From Planctomycetota bacterium (GTDB lineage: Bacteria > Planctomycetota > SZUA-567 > H5-PLA8): a DNA stretch of 64,000 nucleotides. How positions within the stretch are numbered: position 1 is the stretch's first letter; each line of letters begins with the position of its first letter. The DNA lies in contig JBBRPR010000004.1 in the NCBI GenBank assembly GCA_038227875.1, positions 1 to 64,000 on the forward strand, in the 5' to 3' direction. The translations under genes were made by a program, and so were the position numbers. Shown here piece after piece: positions 57,913 to 64,000 of the stretch. Under the pieces are notes generated by a model. That model saw only the letters and a list, made by a program, of their open reading frames with translations, had not been told where the DNA came from and did no database searches.

Positions 57913-58278
57913 TTGACACAGCGATCCACGCGACGGTGGTTTCAACTTCACTTGTCGACGATGGTGGTTGTGATGATTGTTGCGGGCGGATTGATGTGGG
58001 CTAATTTTCAGCGTCATGAGTCAACCGATATCACAGATGACGACGCAGGTAACCGGATAACCGTTCACACTCTGGAATGGGGTTGGCCATGGACGGCAAT
58101 GTATACGATCTATTGGACACCACTCGACGGCTCCGCAAAAGCCCTGTCCGTGGAGCAAATCCGTAGCTACAGGCCTGAATCCATATACGACGATCTATTC
58201 GTCGCGGCCCTGATTCTGGTGTTAACCGCAGCGCTTTTTGAATATCTTTTCCGCCGCCTTGAGCGTACGCGCTCGTAA
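57913..58278 (+). CDS. Small two-TM protein family, copy C
   Basis: RRWFQLHLSTMVVVMIVAGGLMWAN, WGWP, DLFVAALILVLTAALFEYLFRR; GGAG RBS, TTG start. Confidence 0.75.
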   Translation: MTQRSTRRWFQLHLSTMVVVMIVAGGLMWANFQRHESTDITDDDAGNRITVHTLEWGWPWTAMYTIYWTPLDGSAKALSVEQIRSYRPESIYDDLFVAALILVLTAALFEYLFRRLERTRS

Positions 58279-58279
58279 A

Positions 58280-59644
58280 CTACTTCGCGTCCTTCCCCAC
58301 TTCCTTGTACGCGCCGTCGTTGTTCTGCGCGAGGGTTTCCAAAAACGCTTTCATGTCGGTGAGGTCCTCCTGCAGCAGCGCGGGCGGATCGCCGGCGGCT
58401 TTGCTGAAGATGCCGATCGCGTGGATGCGCACTTTCAGGAACTGGTTGATCCACGTGATCAAGCGGACCTGATCGGCGACCTTGATCTCCTTCGACCACG
58501 GGTTGGGACCGCCGTCGCTGACGAGGAAGACCGTCTCGCAACTGGTCGCGGTGACGATCTTCTGCAGCACTTCTTCGAAGGCTTCGGCCGTCTGCGTGCC
58601 GCCCTTGGGCACCAGCGTTTCCAGGAACGCCTTGGCGGCTTTCTTCATCGGTTCGGTCGCCTGGACCATCGGCGCGTCCTGCCAGCGCTTGGTGTGCGTC
58701 GAGAACGTGACGATGTTGAAGTACTGCTTGTCGTTCATGCGGCCGATCAGTTCCGACATTTCCTTCACCGCCGATTCCAGGCGATTGGGCTTGCCACCGG
58801 CGATCATGCTTCCGGAAACATCGAGGACGAAGACGATGCGGTTTTCGATCAGCGGGATTTCGTAGTACGACACTTCCGTTTTGTTCTTCAGCTCAAAGTT
58901 GTATTCGGGCCCCTGTGAACTTTTCGCTTCGAACGTTTTCTCGTTCTGATCCCACCAGCCCTTCCACGTGCCGGGATCGGGCGGATAGGTCAGCGCCGTG
59001 ATGGCGCGCAACGCACCGCAGGCTTCGTACATGCCGCGGCCGATCGCCTTCTCTTTGCACTCTTGCATGTATTTAATCAGCACCGGCACTGAGCGCTTGT
59101 CGGGAAGCTCGCCCAGCGCGCGGCAGACGGCAATCTGAACGGGCAGCGGTTCCTTTGTGACGGCCAGCGGCAACAGCTTGTCCACGGCGCCGGGAAATTT
59201 GTGGGCGGCGAGCACGTCGGCCATCGCGACTTTACAGCGATAATCCAGCGAAGGGCTGAGCGCCTTGGCGACGGCCGCATCGAATTCCGCGTTGCCTCCG
59301 GCCTTGCGCAGCGCGAAGCACAATTCCGCCATCACTTCCGGGCCGACGCGCTGAAAGTTGGTCGCGTAGATTTTGTAGCTTTCGGTCGAGACGTTTTTGG
59401 CGATCTGGTCTTCCAGATTGCAAATGAGCAGTTCGAGATTGCGGCGCGGCGGGCCGTTGATGATGGACGAAGCCTTGGCCGTGACTTCCGCGACCTGAGC
59501 CAGCAGCATCGACGCGCCAGCCGCGTTGTCGTCCTTTGGAGTACGGATGCGGCTGACGAGCTTTTCATACTCGTTCTCGCCCGCTACCGCCTGGTGAAAT
59601 AGACCCGTGAGCAAAACCAGACACACCACACCGGCTCGGAACAT
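58280..59644 (-). CDS. Secreted HEAT-repeat + vWA domain protein
   Basis: Signal peptide; HEAT-like helices; WKGWW; MIDAS LDVSGSM...GGT...LVSDGGP; GGGAGG RBS. Confidence 0.85.
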   Translation of the reverse strand: MFRAGVVCLVLLTGLFHQAVAGENEYEKLVSRIRTPKDDNAAGASMLLAQVAEVTAKASSIINGPPRRNLELLICNLEDQIAKNVSTESYKIYATNFQRVGPEVMAELCFALRKAGGNAEFDAAVAKALSPSLDYRCKVAMADVLAAHKFPGAVDKLLPLAVTKEPLPVQIAVCRALGELPDKRSVPVLIKYMQECKEKAIGRGMYEACGALRAITALTYPPDPGTWKGWWDQNEKTFEAKSSQGPEYNFELKNKTEVSYYEIPLIENRIVFVLDVSGSMIAGGKPNRLESAVKEMSELIGRMNDKQYFNIVTFSTHTKRWQDAPMVQATEPMKKAAKAFLETLVPKGGTQTAEAFEEVLQKIVTATSCETVFLVSDGGPNPWSKEIKVADQVRLITWINQFLKVRIHAIGIFSKAAGDPPALLQEDLTDMKAFLETLAQNNDGAYKEVGKDAK

Positions 59645-60020
59645 AGATTTCCTCCCTTATAAGATTTCCACTCAACGTCCTCTGTGAGCCGGAAAGCGAG
59701 CGCGCCGAGCCGTCGAGAATCAGGAGCATGCGGTGGGTGCGTCATGTGCAATGCGTTTTGCCGTAACGTGCACATCCCGAGTTCGTTAGTCGCACACACG
59801 AGCGATTTACTGCCGCCTGCCGTCTGTTTACTTACCCGAAAACAAATTTGCGTACGACCACTCCTTGCGCACACTTTATTCTGTCCCCGCCGGGCTCCTC
59901 CGCGCCCGCGCGGCATGTGCATATAACTATGACAGCACGGTGTACACACCCCGGATTGGCGCGGCGCTATAGTTCCTCTTGTCGAAAAATGCAGCGCCAT
60001 GACAATTAAACGTTGAGGAA

Positions 60021-60875
60021 ATGAAGACCATGTCCATGCTCACCGCCTGCGTCGAAGCGATCAAGATCGAATGCCTGCCGACCGAGAAGGATGTCGCGTT
60101 TTACCAGGAGAACGGGTACTGGACGTCGCCCAAGATTTTCAGCGACGAAGAACTGGCGGCGCTGCGCGAGCATCAGGATCTGGTCTACAACGGCGTGCAC
60201 GAAACGGGCAAGCAGCCCTGGCATGGCGGCTGGAAATTCAACGCCAAGCGGCCTCTGGAAATCCGCAAGACCGACAATTCGCACTGGGCCGATCTGACCA
60301 TTCGCAAAGCCGTGCTGAACGCCACCGTCGGCGCGATCTCGGCGAAGCTCCATGGCGTCGACACCGTGCGCCTCTGGCACGACCAGCTGCTCTACAAGCC
60401 CAACGGCGGCGAACAGACGGGCAACGTCGGCTGGCACCAGGACTATGGCTACTGGCGCGCGTGCAAGGAACCGAATCTGACCACCGCCACCCTGGCGCTC
60501 GTTAATCTCACCACCGACAACGGCTGCCTGGAAGTTGTCCCCGGTAGCCACAAGCGCGGCCTGCTCGCGGCCAGCGATTTCTTCAATCAGGATATGGACG
60601 GACTGAAGCAGCGCATCGAAGCCGAAAGCGGGCAGGCGATGCTTCCCGTCGCGATGCCGATGAAGGCCGGCCAGGTCGGCTTCCACCACTGCCTGACGAT
60701 CCACGGCAGCGGCGCCAACCGCAGCAACGCTCCGCGCCGGACGATCGCCGTGCATCAAATGTGCGGTGTGATCCACCGCAGCATCAACGGCAAGCACATG
60801 AACACGGAGATCGTCGAGCTCGCCGACGGCGCGCCGTTTGTCAATCCGGCGTTTCCGGTAATGTACGGCGTGTGA
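60021..60875 (+). CDS. Phytanoyl-CoA dioxygenase (PhyH) family 2OG-Fe(II) oxygenase
   Basis: FYQENGY, WHQD, NGCLEVVPGSHK, HGSGANRS..PRR. Confidence 0.92.
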   Translation: MKTMSMLTACVEAIKIECLPTEKDVAFYQENGYWTSPKIFSDEELAALREHQDLVYNGVHETGKQPWHGGWKFNAKRPLEIRKTDNSHWADLTIRKAVLNATVGAISAKLHGVDTVRLWHDQLLYKPNGGEQTGNVGWHQDYGYWRACKEPNLTTATLALVNLTTDNGCLEVVPGSHKRGLLAASDFFNQDMDGLKQRIEAESGQAMLPVAMPMKAGQVGFHHCLTIHGSGANRSNAPRRTIAVHQMCGVIHRSINGKHMNTEIVELADGAPFVNPAFPVMYGV

Positions 60876-60881
60876 ACAGCG

Positions 60882-61005
60882 TTGCGGATTGCGGATTGGA
60901 GATTGGGCACGCTTGGGGATGAGCGTGCCCAATTTCGTTTCTAGAATCTCATCCATGAAATTTCAGCGCATCGACCATGCGACGCGCACCCATCTAATCC
61001 GCAAT
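60882..61005. repeat. Inverted heptamer arrays (TTGCGGA)n ... AATCCGCAA with internal hairpin
   Basis: ttgcggattgcggattggagattggg ... catctaatccgcaat; inner gggcacgct...agcgtgccc. Confidence 0.7.
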
Positions 61006-61020
61006 GCAGTTCGTGGCCGT

Positions 61021-61899
61021 TTACTCCCCCTTCAACAGCTTGATGAACTTCTGAATCGTCGGCGTCAGCGATTTGTTGCGGCGGTGGATGATGCCGACGG
61101 GGCGGACGAAATCGGCGCCGGAGAGCGGGATGGCGCACAGCCGCTTGGCTTCGACTTCGCGCCGCAGCGTCGGTTCGGGGAGAATCGAGACGCCGGCGTT
61201 GACTTCGATCGCCTGTTTCATCGTTTCGATGTTATCGAATTCCATCACGGTGTTGACGTGTGAATGCTGCTGCTTCAAGCCGCGGTCGATGGCTTTGCGG
61301 ATGGGCAAGTCTTCGTCGAAGCCGATGAAATTTTCGCCTTCGAATTCCTTCGCCAGCACCGAAGACCGCCCCGCCAGCCGGTGCGACGGATTGCAGACGA
61401 AGACCATCTTTTCAAAACGCCACGGCAGCACCGTCACAGCGCGGTCAGCGCGCGGGTAGCTCATGATCCCGAGGTCCGCGTCTTCGTGGACGATGGCGTC
61501 GTAGACCTTGTTTGGGCGCAGGTATTCCAGGCGCACTTTGGCCTGCGGATTCATCGACATGAATTTCTGCGTGTAGCGGTTGAGATCGTAGAGTCCCACG
61601 GAGTAGATCGCCGCGACGCGCACCGTGCCGCCGATATCGTTGCTCGAACCTTTCAGCTGGGATTCGAGCTTGGTGTATTCCGAGAGCAATGCGCGCACGC
61701 CCGAATAATATTTCTGGCCTTCGGGGCTGAGCGCAAACGGGCGCTTGCTGCGGTCGATCAGCAGCACGCCCAGATCGTGTTCGAGCTGGGCGATGGCCTG
61801 GCTGGCCGCCGACTGCGTGACCTGGTTGGCCTTCGCGCCCTTCGAGAAACTCTGCAGGCGCACGATATCGCAGTAAAGTTTGAGCGTCTCGAGATTCAT
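61021..61899 (-). CDS. LysR family transcriptional regulator
   Basis: SFSKGAKANQVTQSAASQAIAQLEHDLGVLLIDR HTH; ATG at 61899. Confidence 0.95.
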   Translation of the reverse strand: MNLETLKLYCDIVRLQSFSKGAKANQVTQSAASQAIAQLEHDLGVLLIDRSKRPFALSPEGQKYYSGVRALLSEYTKLESQLKGSSNDIGGTVRVAAIYSVGLYDLNRYTQKFMSMNPQAKVRLEYLRPNKVYDAIVHEDADLGIMSYPRADRAVTVLPWRFEKMVFVCNPSHRLAGRSSVLAKEFEGENFIGFDEDLPIRKAIDRGLKQQHSHVNTVMEFDNIETMKQAIEVNAGVSILPEPTLRREVEAKRLCAIPLSGADFVRPVGIIHRRNKSLTPTIQKFIKLLKGE

Positions 61900-61953
61900 G
61901 CTGGGAGAGTTTCGGCACGGGCAAATCGTTTGGCAAGCGGGAAAACGTTCAAT

Positions 61954-61986
61954 AAAAAACCCGGCCTCATTGCTGAGGCCGGGTTT
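61954..61986 (-). terminator. Intrinsic terminator after lipoprotein gene
   Basis: aaacccggcctca-ttgc-tgaggccgggttt with an A-run on the plus strand. Confidence 0.8.
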
Positions 61987-62008
61987 GAATGCTGAACCTG
62001 CGGGAAGC

Positions 62009-62545
62009 TTACTTCGATTCCGGCGCCGGCGGAGCGTTGGGTTCAACGCGCTTGGGCTGGTAGGCGTAGGGGTAAAGTTCGCGGAGCTGGTTGTCCATGA
62101 ACTTCTTCAGCTCATCGTTGTTCTTGACCATGTCGTCGCGGATCTTCTGGAGGTCGCCGGCGAACGTCTTGCGGGCGTTTTCCAGTTCCTTGTCGAAGTC
62201 GCCGCGGGACGATTCGGTGATGCTCTGCGCCAGCTTGCGGGTTTCGTCCGCGTCCTTGGCGACACGCTGCAGCAGGTCGTTGATCGCGGCCGTTTCCTTG
62301 TCGGAGGCTTTGTCGATGCGTTCGTTCATCGACTTGCCCAGATCGTCCTGGACCGCCTTGAGTTTCCGTTCGAGGTCGTCGTGCTTCGACGTCAGCGCCG
62401 ACAGCTGCGACTTCAATTCGCTGATGTCCTTGCCGGTCGATTGCACCATCTGCCGCGCTTCCGGATCGTCGCAGCCGCTGAGCAGCACCACGCTGGAGAA
62501 CAGCAGCACGGGAACGAGCTTGTGAGTCCAGTTGCGGGACATCAT
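62009..62545 (-). CDS. Coiled-coil lipoprotein
   Basis: Lipobox LLSG-C; heptad-rich helical body. Confidence 0.75.
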   Translation of the reverse strand: MMSRNWTHKLVPVLLFSSVVLLSGCDDPEARQMVQSTGKDISELKSQLSALTSKHDDLERKLKAVQDDLGKSMNERIDKASDKETAAINDLLQRVAKDADETRKLAQSITESSRGDFDKELENARKTFAGDLQKIRDDMVKNNDELKKFMDNQLRELYPYAYQPKRVEPNAPPAPESK

Positions 62546-62739
62546 AATTCAAATCTCCAAGCGCTTGAGGCGCATCGGTTGCATGCAAAACGTAATGGGA
62601 AAGCGAATTGTCAGGGTTTCTACGGAGCCTGTCAAGCGCCAGTGATGGTCGCCCTAAAATTGCACGATGCGAATGAACTGTGCTGCCTACCCTGGCGCAA
62701 ATTTGCGCCAGGGTTCCTCCGATCTCAGGATTCGAATTC

Positions 62740-63630
62740 ATGAAGAAGACCACGGCGGTATCTCATAAAGTCCGCGTCGGGCTGATCCAGATGTCCTGCT
62801 CCACGCAGCCCAAAGAGAATCTCGCCAAGGCGCTCAGCCGCATCAAGCAAGCCGCTAAAGAAGGGGCGCAGGTTGTTTGCATGCAGGAGCTCTTCCGCTC
62901 GCAGTACTTCTGTCAGAGCGAAGACGACGCGCAGTTCGCTCTGGCCGAATCGATTCCCGGACCGACGACGCAGGCGCTTTCGCGCGCTGCTGCGGCGGCG
63001 AAAATCGCGCTGATTGGCTCGGTCTTCGAACGCCGCGCGGAGGGGCTTTACCACAACACGGCCGTGATCTTCAACGAGAAGGGCAAGCTGATCGGCACGT
63101 ACCGCAAGATGCACATCCCGGACGATCCGTGCTACTACGAGAAATTCTATTTCACGCCCGGCGATGCGACGCCGGGATTTCAGTCCTTCAAAACCGAACG
63201 CGCGCGCATCGGCACGCTGGTCTGCTGGGATCAGTGGTATCCAGAGGCCGCGCGGCTGACGGCGCTGGCCGGCGCGCAGCTGATTTTCTATCCGACCGCG
63301 ATCGGCTGGCACATCAAGGACGAGCCCGAGGTCAAGCGCGGCCAGGCCGACGCGTGGGAGCTGATCCAGCGATCGCACGCCGTCGCCAACGGCTGCTTTG
63401 TCTGTTCCGTCAACCGTGTGGGCCGCGAGCAGAACCTGCAGTTCTGGGGCGGTTCGTTCATCGCCGACCCGTTCGGAAAAATCATCGCCAAGGCCGGCCA
63501 CGACACGGAAGAAATCCTGCACGCCGAATGCGATCTGGAACAGATCGACTGGACGCGCCGCCACTGGCCCTTCTTCCGCGACCGGAGAGTCGATGCGTAC
63601 GGCGGCGTGACTAAGCGCTGGGGGGAGTGA
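62740..63630 (+). CDS. Carbon-nitrogen hydrolase, N-carbamoylputrescine amidase-like
   Basis: QELFRSQYFC, YRKMHIPDDP.YYEKFYFTPGD, VCWDQWYPEAAR, YPTAIGW. Confidence 0.9.
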   Translation: MKKTTAVSHKVRVGLIQMSCSTQPKENLAKALSRIKQAAKEGAQVVCMQELFRSQYFCQSEDDAQFALAESIPGPTTQALSRAAAAAKIALIGSVFERRAEGLYHNTAVIFNEKGKLIGTYRKMHIPDDPCYYEKFYFTPGDATPGFQSFKTERARIGTLVCWDQWYPEAARLTALAGAQLIFYPTAIGWHIKDEPEVKRGQADAWELIQRSHAVANGCFVCSVNRVGREQNLQFWGGSFIADPFGKIIAKAGHDTEEILHAECDLEQIDWTRRHWPFFRDRRVDAYGGVTKRWGE

Positions 63631-63644
63631 CGCGTGACGAGGGG

Positions 63645-63717
63645 CGGGATTCGGGAATCGGGATTCGGGAATCGCGCAAGCGGATGGTCGGCGAATCCCG
63701 ATTCCCGAATCCCGATT
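63645..63717. repeat. Inverted heptamer arrays (CGGGAWT)n
   Basis: cgggattcgggaatcgggattcgggaatcg ... cgaatcccgattcccgaatcccgatt. Confidence 0.85.
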
Positions 63718-63733
63718 TTCGCCGTTAGTAGCA

Positions 63734-64000
63734 CTACTTCTTCGTCGCCACTTCCTTATACCGCTTGCCGTCCGACTTCATGTACGCCCACGTCCCAACC
63801 AACTTGCCCTCTTCGATAATAAAGCTCGAGACGCCGTATTCTTCGCCTTGATGCCAGATGGCGGAGAGCACGCCCTTGGTGACCAGGCCCGTGCCGAAGA
63901 ACTTTCCATTGCCGGTGGTCCAGACGAGTTGATAGACCTCGCCTTTGCGCGTGATCGATAGCGAGCCGGTGTATTCGCCGGAGCCATCCGTGGTCGAACC
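63734..64000 (-). CDS. 3' part of a beta-rich hypothetical protein (start outside window)
   Basis: Manual translation GSTTDGSGEYTGSLSITRKGEVYQLVWTTGNGKFFGTGLV...LVGTWAY...VATKK*; stop at 63734-36. Confidence 0.7.
   Translation of the reverse strand, partial: GSTTDGSGEYTGSLSITRKGEVYQLVWTTGNGKFFGTGLVTKGVLSAIWHQGEEYGVSSFIIEEGKLVGTWAYMKSDGKRYKEVATKK

Overview
High-GC bacterial chromosome window. The gene content (ECF sigma factor, membrane Ser/Thr kinase-like protein, PD40-PDZ, HEAT-vWA, many secreted hypotheticals) suggests Planctomycetota/PVC; this is inference, not a database result. It carries about 45 CDS: housekeeping genes (gpmI, topA, fumC, CCA-adding enzyme, DsbD, dnaE2), many signalling genes (two histidine kinases, RsbU/RsbW-like pair, PilZ-MshEN, GntR/LacI, LysR, stand-alone Fis HTH, ECF) and several AT-richer single-gene inserts. 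I found no rRNA, tRNA, CRISPR array or intact transposase. The most unusual observations are: (1) a catalytic-core-only alanyl-tRNA-synthetase paralogue with its own sigma70 promoter, whose best RBS/ATG is one base out of frame; (2) a dispersed family of small two-TM proteins with a fixed scaffold and unrelated loops (3 genes plus 1 remnant); (3) a nested-palindrome repeat whose four units have four different but still paired stems around a conserved loop; (4) about ten intergenic 7-bp tandem arrays of different sequence, often in inverted pairs; (5) an operon of a His/Cys-rich kinase, a probable pseudokinase and a probable pseudopeptidase; (6) a PlcP-like phosphoesterase coupled to a GT28 glycolipid synthase. 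All protein calls rest on motifs recognised by eye.
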